This document shows positions 51,430 to 60,194 of a stretch of DNA of 64,000 bases, piece after piece. This DNA comes from an uncultured cyanobacterium. GTDB taxonomy: Bacteria > Cyanobacteriota > Cyanobacteriia > Cyanobacteriales > CAWUOF01. The position numbers and the translations under genes were made by a program. Under the pieces are notes generated by a model. It had not been told where the DNA came from and did no database searches. It was given only the letters and a program-made list of their open reading frames with translations. Within the stretch, counting starts at the first letter, position 1. Each line of letters begins with the position of its first letter. The stretch lies in NCBI GenBank assembly GCA_963744145.1, contig CAVUSO010000001.1:4800001-4864000 (forward strand). The letters run 5' to 3'.

Positions 51430-51678
51430 TCAATGGTCAATTTTTTCAGCATAGTTAGTAGATAATTCTGAATTTTGCTCACTCACAATAAATCCTGGTT
51501 CAGGATGAGGAATTTCTAAACTTCCACAAAGTTCCCAAGTTTGAGTTTTAGTAATATCTAAAGATTCCTTGGCTAAATAATCCTCTAATGCTTTGAGTAA
51601 AATAGATTCGATCGATTCTGATTTGTTTCGGATTAGATTCATTAATTTCTCAGGAATTTCTAAGGTAATTTTGCTCAT
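51430..51678 (-). CDS. small antitoxin-like protein (orphan)
   Basis: MSKITLEIPE RHH-like start; GGAG upstream; no toxin gene follows. Confidence 0.5.
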   Translation of the reverse strand: MSKITLEIPEKLMNLIRNKSESIESILLKALEDYLAKESLDITKTQTWELCGSLEIPHPEPGFIVSEQNSELSTNYAEKIDH

Positions 51679-51820
51679 CTAATTAACTCCATTATATTCT
51701 AAAATATTATAGCTAAAACTAACCACACAATCTGTAAGAGTAATCTCCCTGTGATTGCCCCAAACACCGATCGCATCAGCAACACAACAAAGCAACTATA
51801 GAACATTCGGACATCGTATT

Positions 51821-51893
51821 TGTAGGGGCAAAGCATTTCGGCAGATCAATAATTGCTTAGAACCAGAGAAATATGACCGAAATGCTTTGCCCT
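51821..51893. repeat. GTAGGGGCAAAGCATTTCGG...CCGAAATGCTTTGCCCTC REP-like palindrome
   Basis: Inverted arms; same family in reverse orientation at 60009-60081. Confidence 0.75.
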
Positions 51894-52049
51894 CGGCTAT
51901 TTATGAATCAAATAGATCAGTAAAAAATTCTTGCCCAAAGTGTTAAAAGTGGACGATCGCCAAAAACATTCCCCTGGACAAAGGAGATTACCCTTGGACC
52001 AATGGGAAAGAACAGACCCGGAAATTAGACGAGTAGCAGAAAAATTTGT

Positions 52050-52264
52050 TATGGCTATGACACGAACCGATTTAAAAACTCTTGTTAGTTCGCCAAGTTT
52101 CGGGCTGGATTATTACTCCTTAGCGCCCCATAAAATAACTCTGCTTTTACTACCGAACAAACAGTAATATCTTCTGGCGATATTGTTTGTATCCTTTCTC
52201 TGATTGCCGCCGAACGACCGTTTAAGTATCTCGCACAAACATTAGTATCTAATAAATAAATCAC
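52050..52264 (-). pseudogene. vapC: VapC PIN toxin pseudogene
   Basis: GTG at 52264 gives MIYLLDTNVCARYLNGRS..CSVVKAELFYGA..SNNP.RNLAN*QEFLNRFVS*, with in-frame stops and 3' loss. Confidence 0.75.
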
Positions 52265-52276
52265 AAAATACTATTC

Positions 52277-52444
52277 CTACTCGTCAAATACTCCTACCAA
52301 ATTATCATCCAGTTCTGCTGATATTCCGTCATGATCAATGACAATGGGATCAGTAGCACAACTCCCATAGGTTCTCTCCAAGAACCCCGGTTCCCAGCCT
52401 AATTCCTCTGGTGTTTTCTTCCCTGTTGTAACCTTCTTAAACGT
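52277..52444 (-). pseudogene. 3' remnant of the cognate antitoxin, cut by a MITE
   Basis: Reads KTPEELGWEPGFLERTYGSCATDPIVIDHDGIS..DE*; lies directly upstream of vapC. Confidence 0.55.
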
Positions 52445-52604
52445 TACAGCCTATTCCAGATTTATGAAGTTCATCAAGGTGATCTGTGGGGCAGGGCGGG
52501 TTCGTTAATACCTCGACTACGCTCGGCACAAGGGTTATTTGTGTGTGGCAAATTCATCGGTGAACCCGCCCCTACAGAGATTCACCAAAAAATCTGACAT
52601 TCAA

Positions 52605-54848
52605 CCCACATTCCGCACCCTGAACTGTCACAATTCGTAATTACTGAAATAAACCTCTATCAAAGCTGAAATTTTGGCCCACTATCGTCAAAAAAGAGGT
52701 TTTTAAACCTTGATGGTCAGGTCATCAATCTCTAGTTTATTAATAATTATTAGCAATAAGTAGAAAATGAGGATTTCGGCCCGTTTTTTCAATAAATTTT
52801 GGTGTTGACTAGCTCTCTTAACTCAGTTTTGTTAGTTAATAACTGAACAATCTCTAGTTAAGATAGGTTAATTCTTAGCTCTTAATTAAATTCAAGAACT
52901 CATTCAAGCTAAATATATTTATGCTATATTAGCAAGAGGATTAAGTGATAAATTTATAGTAGCGCCGACAATCTTCTGGTAGCAGGGTCAGGATAAATTC
53001 ACGTTCATTACTCCAATTAGATACTTGTTGTTGTTGTTGAAATGTGACCAGGTGAATTGCTTGAAAGCATTGAAATATCCATTTAGCTGTTGGACGGTCT
53101 GTTGCTTTCCCTAACTGATTTTTTATGGTTGATTTTGCTGCTGATAAAGCGGCTCGTATTTGTCTTTGTGCTAGGGTATAAACCAGTAAACCTAGCCCCA
53201 TAATTGCTGCTAATGATTCGATGCGTTCGGGACTTTTCAGATAAACACTATCTGCAAAAAATGTGGGATCTTTAAGAAAACCAAATCCTCTTTCACAGGA
53301 TTGCTGTGCCTTATACTCAGTCAGCATTGCCTCATTACTAATTTCGCTTTCTGCTAAAACGTTCGTCGCAATTATGAATCTACCTGCACTGTTAGTTTCT
53401 TGTTCAATTTGGCTTTTATCCTCGGTAAAACTGCCGAGAATTTGATAACACTTTTTTTGACTTTTATCTAATTTATCTGGTCTGATTTCCCTTACTTCTT
53501 TTGGTTCAATTTGATGATATTTAAAGGATTTCGATAGGTGAGTTAATGCCTTGACTGCATCAGCTTTACAGGCAAATCTATCTTGGGATAATTTTCCTAA
53601 TTCGCTGTTCAGTTTGGTGGCGGATTTACTAATTTTCTGTGATAATTTCCGTAAATCTGATTCTCTTCTTTCTTGACTTTCCACAACTAGCCATCTTTGC
53701 TTTATCCCACCATAAGTCTGCTCTTTTGCCGCCCATGAATATCCAACTAATTTGCTTTTAGTAAATTCTGAATCTGGCAAATTTGCTACTAATTCTTGGG
53801 CTAATTTTATCTTTAACGGTACTCGGCTTAACCACTTAATTTCCGACATTAATTTGAGATTATCTTCTGTATATAAGGCACAATCAGCTACGATTAAACT
53901 ATCTACTTTTATTTGATTTTTATAATCAATTGCTATCTTCGCAAAGCATGATGAGTCGGCTTGATTTCCTGACGCTGCTTTTAAAAATATTGGGATATCT
54001 CCATCCCCGGTACATACTAATTCTATTAAAAATTGTTTTAAATCAGGTCTATGGTCACGGGAATAACCGTAATTTATTTTGATTGGTTGTCGCGATTTTA
54101 TTTGGGGCTCTCCTTGGTATGACAATTCTGGCTGACTAAATATTATCTCTGGTAATTCTTGATGATATTCCCCATGTACGTGAATTGACGATGAGTCTAG
54201 ATGGGATGTATTTAAAGATATATCAAACTTTTTAACTGCATTTAAAGTAATTGCTAAAAATATTGTATCCAGTCCTTTACTATATAGTTTATCCATCACT
54301 CTTCCCAGTTTATCGTCATTTAAATATTCGGGCTTTACCCCGGCTCCTATTAAATGTTCACAGGGAATTGATTCAAAAAATTTCGGAAACATATATAATG
54401 GTTTAGAAATAAATCCTAACCCATTGATAATCATTGCTTTAACTGCTTGTCCAGCAGTAACTTTTTCTCCCGATTCTATCCCGATTAAATTATTAATTAT
54501 TTCTACTATTCCAATCGTATCTACTATTCCTGCTACTAACCCCAGATGGTCGATATTCTGAATTTTAATATCGTTTATGTCTACCATAGTTACCCAATTT
54601 AACGAGCCAATTTTTGGTTCAATTATCGCATTTTTAGGCTCGATTGCAATTAATTTTTTTACTCTTTCATTTTCCGGACTTCTGCTACGGTTAATCTCTC
54701 AATAACCCAGGACCTCTTTCTGCTCATAAATCTAGTTTAATAAAATTTATTCTCATTAATCTCATTTATGATCTTTTTGAGCCAACTTTCTTCGTCCCCA
54801 ATTTTTACCCTTTTATTAAGATGTGCCAGTGAGGGTGCGGAATGTGGG
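52605..54848 (-). mobile_element. complete IS1634-family insertion sequence (2244 bp)
   Basis: TIRs CCCACATTCCGCACCCT and AGGGTGCGGAATGTGGG; 5-bp TSD TTCAA at 52600-52604 and 54849-54853. Confidence 0.9.
52941..54587 (-). CDS. IS1634-family DDE transposase
   Basis: DHLGLVAGIVD, LNDDKLGR, HLDSSS, YGYSRDHRPDLKQ, VADCALY, YKAQ..CERGFGFLK. Confidence 0.93.
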   Translation of the reverse strand: MVDINDIKIQNIDHLGLVAGIVDTIGIVEIINNLIGIESGEKVTAGQAVKAMIINGLGFISKPLYMFPKFFESIPCEHLIGAGVKPEYLNDDKLGRVMDKLYSKGLDTIFLAITLNAVKKFDISLNTSHLDSSSIHVHGEYHQELPEIIFSQPELSYQGEPQIKSRQPIKINYGYSRDHRPDLKQFLIELVCTGDGDIPIFLKAASGNQADSSCFAKIAIDYKNQIKVDSLIVADCALYTEDNLKLMSEIKWLSRVPLKIKLAQELVANLPDSEFTKSKLVGYSWAAKEQTYGGIKQRWLVVESQERRESDLRKLSQKISKSATKLNSELGKLSQDRFACKADAVKALTHLSKSFKYHQIEPKEVREIRPDKLDKSQKKCYQILGSFTEDKSQIEQETNSAGRFIIATNVLAESEISNEAMLTEYKAQQSCERGFGFLKDPTFFADSVYLKSPERIESLAAIMGLGLLVYTLAQRQIRAALSAAKSTIKNQLGKATDRPTAKWIFQCFQAIHLVTFQQQQQVSNWSNEREFILTLLPEDCRRYYKFIT

Positions 54849-55096
54849 TTCAAGATCAAATTAGCTCATAAAAATGTCTGGTCGATGAATTGATGATCAC
54901 AATCAACCAGGATTTGTAGGGGCAGGTTCACCAATCAATTCTGCTCCAAACAGATAACTATCATAAACCTGCCCAACCAACACAGATCACTCACAATCTC
55001 GGACAGGCAAGATGCCTGTCCCACCATTCATGCCAAATCTTACTGTACTGCATCAACCTAGAATCCGCTGTATTGTTACTCGATTTTCTCTTACCT

Positions 55097-55292
55097 CTTC
55101 GGCACAAAGCCCATCTGGTTAATTTTTTCATTTAATGCCCGCTTTTTTTTGGGAGGCGATTGCACGAACCAATAATCAATCAACACAACTCCCTGTATTT
55201 CCCTGTATTTCCCTGTAGGGGCGAAGCATTCGGGCGAAAAATTATCGCTGACAACGAATAATATTATACCCGAATGCTTCGCCCTTCTTCGC
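55097..55292. repeat. about 195-bp dispersed repeat with REP palindrome, copy 2
   Basis: Matches 50546-50731 with one extra TTTCCCTGTA unit. Confidence 0.85.
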
Positions 55293-55329
55293 CCGTATCT
55301 CCCAAAAAAAATCTTAATTGATCCGGATT

Positions 55330-55520
55330 GAATTATCACCCAACGCGATCGCCCGAATTATGTTCAATCAACGCGATCGCCCGAATTATGTTCAATCAAC
55401 GCGATCGCCCGAATTATCCTCAATTAACGCGATCGTACTAATTATCCTCAATCAACGCGATCACCCGAATTATGTTCAATTAACACGATCGCCCGAATTA
55501 TGTTCAATCAACGCGATCGC
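55330..55520 (+). repeat. 28-bp HIP1-containing tandem repeat, about 6.5 copies
   Basis: Unit CAACGCGATCGCCCGAATTATGTTCAAT starting at 55341, 55369, 55397, 55425, 55453, 55481, 55509. Confidence 0.9.
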
Positions 55521-55766
55521 ATCAATCAAATAAACAAAACCAAAATAAAGAGATTATGGCTAATTGCTATGATCCAAAAGTAGCAGCTCAATTTTTTAGT
55601 GATTAAAAACCCTTTTATTTAACCTGGCGAGGAGATGATTAACCGATTATTTCCTTGGTGGACTCTTTTCTCCCATTGCCAGGTATAGAATTTGGAAAAA
55701 GCCTATGATTTCGTAAAAAAAGTCCTCAAAAAAATAGCTTGACAAACTGCCTGAAGTTGTTATATG

Positions 55767-57947
55767 TTACAGGTTACAGGTCTTTGCACGAGAGAAGAGG
55801 TCACCAACAAATCCCTTACTCTTTACCCAAATTCCAAACACTCTTCCACCACCCTCGTCCCTTATCAAAACACCTCCCGAGTACGTGCCGCCGTATGCGG
55901 AGTAATGGGTCATGGCATCACAGGGTAGATATCCCTTTTGTTCTGTTTGTCTATCGAATGTCAAATCTTTTTCGTACAACCATTTTCCTTCGCTCCTCCA
56001 ACCTATTTTATCACAATATTTTTCATAAGTATAATAATCTGCATTTGGTGTTCCACCTAATTCTTCCCATATTCGTTTTTGGACACTAAACCCAAAATGG
56101 TTATCAGAGTATATTAACCATAAATCATCTATAGTGCGAAGGTCTGTACAAGGAAATTCCAGCCAATCACTCCCATTGAGATAGCATTGTTCTTCCAAAT
56201 TAGCAGCCTGAAGAACAAGAAGACGAGTAGTTTTATCAGCTTCATGCCATTTTTCTTCGGCTAAAAGCTCACGTAAAGGAGTATAATCTACATCTACTTC
56301 ACTAAACTCATCACCCACTAATCTTTCTGTGTAACAAATTTTAAATTTTCGGGCATAACGAGCATACTCTCCCCCTAATTTCTGGAGAATAGAAGGTGCT
56401 ATTTCCGCAAAAGGACGTGAATGTCCATAAAATTCACCCTTCGACCCTGGTTTTTCATATCTTAGATAACCAATAAATTCATCCAGGGTCTGACTCTCTT
56501 TTCCAGTTATATATTGGGAAACAATCACAAACACATTAGCTGATTCTGTTCTCCGGGAAGATGCTAATAATTCATCTCGTACTCCCTCAACAAAATCATA
56601 TTCAATGCGATCCGGATTAGTATCTACATTAATCTCAAATGCCAGTTTCAGTAGTCCACCTAGAAACACCTCAGCGACATGAACCTGTCTAGATTTAGGT
56701 AACTTTTTCGCTTGGATAATCCTCACTACTGGCATAGTAATAATTGGAGCTGCTGCGAGCAAACATACCAATTTCCATGCAAGGGGAGACGCAGAATTAT
56801 AAAAACGTCTAACTTTCTGTGCTGGAGAGAGATCATCATTTAAACTTGGCTCATCTTCATCGGGTTCAAACAACTCTGGCTCAAACACAAAACCAGGTGC
56901 CCACACTCTCCCATGACCAGCAACTAACCGAGACCAAACTGTCACCATTTCTGGTTCTAAGGTGACGATCGGTACTTTAACCCCCGTATCCAAATCAATC
57001 TCATCCCAAGCTGACAAAGGTTTTGTTTTGAGACTATGACTAGGAAGTCCAGGAAATAATGCCTGAAATCGTACTGGTGCAGCTAGATCCAGAGCTGTTC
57101 TTGACCAGAGCCATTCGGGGAACATTTGGATAATCGCGATCGAACTATGTTCAGACCACTGTGAAAGAGCTGATAGTACCGTACCATTGTGCCAGTGATC
57201 AGCTATACAATCGGTCGCAATTAAAACTAACCTACGCCCTTGGGGATCAAATAGTTCATTAGGTTTATAAGTCAATTGATTATGGGTAGTTTTTCCCATT
57301 CCTGGACTAAGATAAACCTGTTGATTTGCAATATTTATCCTCCAAATCCGCACATCCCGGAAAATTCCGTATCGTTCTAGCAATATTTTTAGTTCCTGAA
57401 TTGTCTTGTGCCACAGCAACATTGATTTACTTTGATCTACAACTAAAGCTACTTCTAACCAAGGTTCCATCTCTGGTTGTAAAACTGGTATCCAAAGTTG
57501 AGTTTGGGCAATCTGTTCAATTGTCGCTGTTACATCCAGCACCATATTGACACCTGGTACTTGATGAAACAGATAACGAAGGGCACGAGCTAAAGGTAAA
57601 GGTTCTGGTAATGAGCGAGCATCTTTCAGCTTAATCCCTAAATTTCCACTCCCACCAGCTGATTTATGCTCGATCGGTTGAGCATAAATTTCAATTTTTT
57701 CTTGAGGTTGATGCGAACCTGAAGGATGACCATGACGAACGAGCGGATCAGTTGGGGAAAGAGAAGTTTCAGCATCAGGTAGTGGTAACTGCTGAGATGA
57801 TTCTTTAATTACAGGAGGAGCATATACTACTGAGCTATATTGCTGTACTTGCAACGCGAGCCAAATTGTATCGGCAATTTCTTCTGGTCTTAGTCCGATG
57901 GTGCCGAGATTTTCAATCAATTTTTTTGAGCGATCGCGCATAATCAT
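55767..57947 (-). CDS. SAV_2336-type vWA component of a ternary conflict system, with C-terminal GUN4 domain
   Basis: EEIADTIWLA, LARALR.L, LVVDQSKSMLLW, GIFRDVR.W, LIATDCI..W, LPKSRQVHVAEVFLGGLL; GUN4 motifs VDYTPLRELL..W.EAD..T, FPCTDLRTIDDLW..YS..HFGFSVQKRIW. Confidence 0.85.
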   Translation of the reverse strand: MIMRDRSKKLIENLGTIGLRPEEIADTIWLALQVQQYSSVVYAPPVIKESSQQLPLPDAETSLSPTDPLVRHGHPSGSHQPQEKIEIYAQPIEHKSAGGSGNLGIKLKDARSLPEPLPLARALRYLFHQVPGVNMVLDVTATIEQIAQTQLWIPVLQPEMEPWLEVALVVDQSKSMLLWHKTIQELKILLERYGIFRDVRIWRINIANQQVYLSPGMGKTTHNQLTYKPNELFDPQGRRLVLIATDCIADHWHNGTVLSALSQWSEHSSIAIIQMFPEWLWSRTALDLAAPVRFQALFPGLPSHSLKTKPLSAWDEIDLDTGVKVPIVTLEPEMVTVWSRLVAGHGRVWAPGFVFEPELFEPDEDEPSLNDDLSPAQKVRRFYNSASPLAWKLVCLLAAAPIITMPVVRIIQAKKLPKSRQVHVAEVFLGGLLKLAFEINVDTNPDRIEYDFVEGVRDELLASSRRTESANVFVIVSQYITGKESQTLDEFIGYLRYEKPGSKGEFYGHSRPFAEIAPSILQKLGGEYARYARKFKICYTERLVGDEFSEVDVDYTPLRELLAEEKWHEADKTTRLLVLQAANLEEQCYLNGSDWLEFPCTDLRTIDDLWLIYSDNHFGFSVQKRIWEELGGTPNADYYTYEKYCDKIGWRSEGKWLYEKDLTFDRQTEQKGYLPCDAMTHYSAYGGTYSGGVLIRDEGGGRVFGIWVKSKGFVGDLFSRAKTCNL

Positions 57948-57952
57948 TCCGG

Positions 57953-59044
57953 TTATTCGAGAGATTGGAGTAACTGGTCTAGCAAAGTCTTTTTATCAGT
58001 CTCCGCGATCGCAAATTGACGAGCAAGTAAATAAACTACATTAAGTAATTGGTCAGTAGCTACTTTACCAGTTTCTCTGCGTGCAATAAACTCATTAACC
58101 AACTCCTGAATCTGATCTTGTTTAGTATCTTGTTCGAGATAAGCATTAACGATCGCAATCAAAGTATCTTTTTCTGGATTTTCTAGAGTAATCCGTAAAC
58201 ATCTTCTTAAAAAAGCTGGGGGGAAATCCCGTTCACCATTACTGGTCAAAATAGTGATCGGAAATTCGTAACAGCGCACTTTCCCATTGGTAATTTTAGC
58301 GGTACTATTATCATGAGTTTGGACTTCCACCACAGATTTTTGCTCAGGATTAGATTGACCATCATTAAATCTAGCGAAGCGAACTAATTCGGGAATTTTA
58401 TACTCACCTTCCTCAAACAAATTAAGTAAATCATTAGGTAGATTAATATCACTCTTATCGATTTCATCAATTAATAAAACTCGTGGTTTTTTGAAGGGAA
58501 GAAAAGCCGTACCAAGCGGTCCCAAAGTAAAGTAACGACCAATCGAAATCGGCTCAACTTGCTTTAACTCTCCTTTAAGTAGATTATTATTTTGGAACTG
58601 TTGTGCTTGAGCATCTTGGAGACGAGCGATCGCATCATATTGATACAGCCCGTCTTTTAAGGTAGAGCGGGAATTAATGGGCCAAGATAAGACAGATCCA
58701 AGTTTAAGTTCATACGCGATCGCATAAGCGATCGAAGTTTTTCCAGTACCAGGATTACCTTCAACCAGCAAAGGACGACGTAAATAAATAGCAGCATTAA
58801 CTAGATTTAGAAGTTTTTCACCTTCTTTACCTTCGTCATCTTTAGGTATTTGGAAAGTCTTTCCCCGCTTATCATTATTTTCTAATGTATCTACATCAAC
58901 ACATTCTTTTTCGAGATTCTCAGTTTGCTCAAAATTTCGCCATGTCGGAGGAGGAGGGAGTCTGGTAATCCCATCATGGGGGTCAGAATTGCCCCTAAAA
59001 ATCTTCCAATCTTCATCAGGTTTTTGCTCTTGATTACTACTCAT
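57953..59044 (-). CDS. MoxR-family AAA+ ATPase of a ternary conflict system
   Basis: LPPPPTWR.F, VNAAIYLRRPLLVEGNPGTGKTS, YDAIARLQD, LIDEIDKSDINLPNDLL, TSNGERDFPPAFLRRC, ATDQLLN. Confidence 0.92.
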   Translation of the reverse strand: MSSNQEQKPDEDWKIFRGNSDPHDGITRLPPPPTWRNFEQTENLEKECVDVDTLENNDKRGKTFQIPKDDEGKEGEKLLNLVNAAIYLRRPLLVEGNPGTGKTSIAYAIAYELKLGSVLSWPINSRSTLKDGLYQYDAIARLQDAQAQQFQNNNLLKGELKQVEPISIGRYFTLGPLGTAFLPFKKPRVLLIDEIDKSDINLPNDLLNLFEEGEYKIPELVRFARFNDGQSNPEQKSVVEVQTHDNSTAKITNGKVRCYEFPITILTSNGERDFPPAFLRRCLRITLENPEKDTLIAIVNAYLEQDTKQDQIQELVNEFIARRETGKVATDQLLNVVYLLARQFAIAETDKKTLLDQLLQSLE

Positions 59045-59053
59045 AGGTCACTC

Positions 59054-59950
59054 CTAAGATAATGTGGGAAACTTCCACTTTGGATTTTGGACAGTAGACG
59101 GTAAAAAACAATTAGCATCATCCCATAGCAATACCAAATGATATCCTAAATCTTCTCGTAGTCTATTCTCCCTATGTGCTTGTTTACGCCTAGTAAAGAC
59201 ACGATTTGGAAGATCAATTACACGACCAGCACAAACTAATTTTTCCTGTATTTCAACGCAATGATTTACCTCTGAACTATCGTACCTAGTCCAAATCACT
59301 ATAGGTATACCATCATCCTCTATAATCGACTTAAGAAATTTATCCCTTTGAAAAGGTTTTTCTAAGACTACTCCTAGCTTATTTTCTAGATAAATCGGTT
59401 GAGAGATAATAGGAAAATCATCAGATGTCGGTGAATCTTGGTATCTTTTTATTACTAAATTCCAATTTACTTTCCAGGGTTTATCTTGAACCAATTTTTT
59501 GACTATAGCGTTTTTCTTATCCTTTCTCTTTTCCCTTTCTGTGATGATAAATCTACCTAAATAATGTAATAAAACATTGAACTTTGCTCCAATAGGGTAA
59601 ATTTTGGTTTGATACAAATCAAAAAAATCCCATTTATCAATATCAAAATCCTTAGAATATAACAGATGTTCTGGTATAAAAAAATCAATCGTTATATTAT
59701 TTAAGCTTTTTTCTGTATTCAAGATCCATTGTGATTCATTTAAAAAAAGGTTTATGGCAACTTTCAATTCTGGCAATGATAAAGATAAATTCGCAATATG
59801 GGTACGTTTATCATAATATTCTATATCTTTAATTTTCGCTAAGATTTTTGGTGATATATGTGATATATATTCTGAAGTCTCATCTTCCCAATCTGCAAAT
59901 AAAATACTAGATCCGAATGCTTCGCCCTTTTCTACGCCGAGATCCCTCAA
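59054..59950 (-). CDS. VMAP-C domain protein, probably 5'-truncated
   Basis: IDFFIPEHLL..IDKW, GIPIVIWTR, LP.RV..RR, LGYHLVLLWDD motifs; directly upstream of MoxR; first 13 codons come from a REP arm. Confidence 0.7.
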   Translation of the reverse strand: MRDLGVEKGEAFGSSILFADWEDETSEYISHISPKILAKIKDIEYYDKRTHIANLSLSLPELKVAINLFLNESQWILNTEKSLNNITIDFFIPEHLLYSKDFDIDKWDFFDLYQTKIYPIGAKFNVLLHYLGRFIITEREKRKDKKNAIVKKLVQDKPWKVNWNLVIKRYQDSPTSDDFPIISQPIYLENKLGVVLEKPFQRDKFLKSIIEDDGIPIVIWTRYDSSEVNHCVEIQEKLVCAGRVIDLPNRVFTRRKQAHRENRLREDLGYHLVLLWDDANCFLPSTVQNPKWKFPTLS

Positions 59951-60008
59951 AACATTCTTAACTGAATCTTATTGTGCTATAGTCGATCGCTTTGATGCGT
60001 AAATGGCC

Positions 60009-60081
60009 GAGGGCAAAGCATTTCGGTCATGATTCTCTGGTTTTAGGCAATTCTGATCTGCCGAAATGCTTTGCCCCTACA
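60009..60081. repeat. REP-like palindrome
   Basis: GAGGGCAAAGCATTTCGG...CCGAAATGCTTTGCCCCTAC. Confidence 0.75.
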
Positions 60082-60194
60082 AATCTGGACAAAATTCTGT
60101 TTTGGTTTATTTTTAGTTCGCTATATTTAATGTATCTTTATTGGTAGTAGTGTCGATCGCGAACCCTCCGATCCTAAGAGCTAGCGATTTAATT

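Larger units (their letters stand above)
52445..55072. mobile_element. composite REP-containing MITE, copy 3, interrupted by IS1634
   Basis: TIRs TACAGCCTATTCCAGATTTATGAAGTTCATCAAG and CTTACTGTACTGCATCAACCTAGAATCCGCTGTA; the two halves match copies 1 and 2. Confidence 0.75.

Noticed and set aside
55330..55520. Second CRISPR or mini-array
   Set aside because: Units are head-to-tail with no unique spacers.
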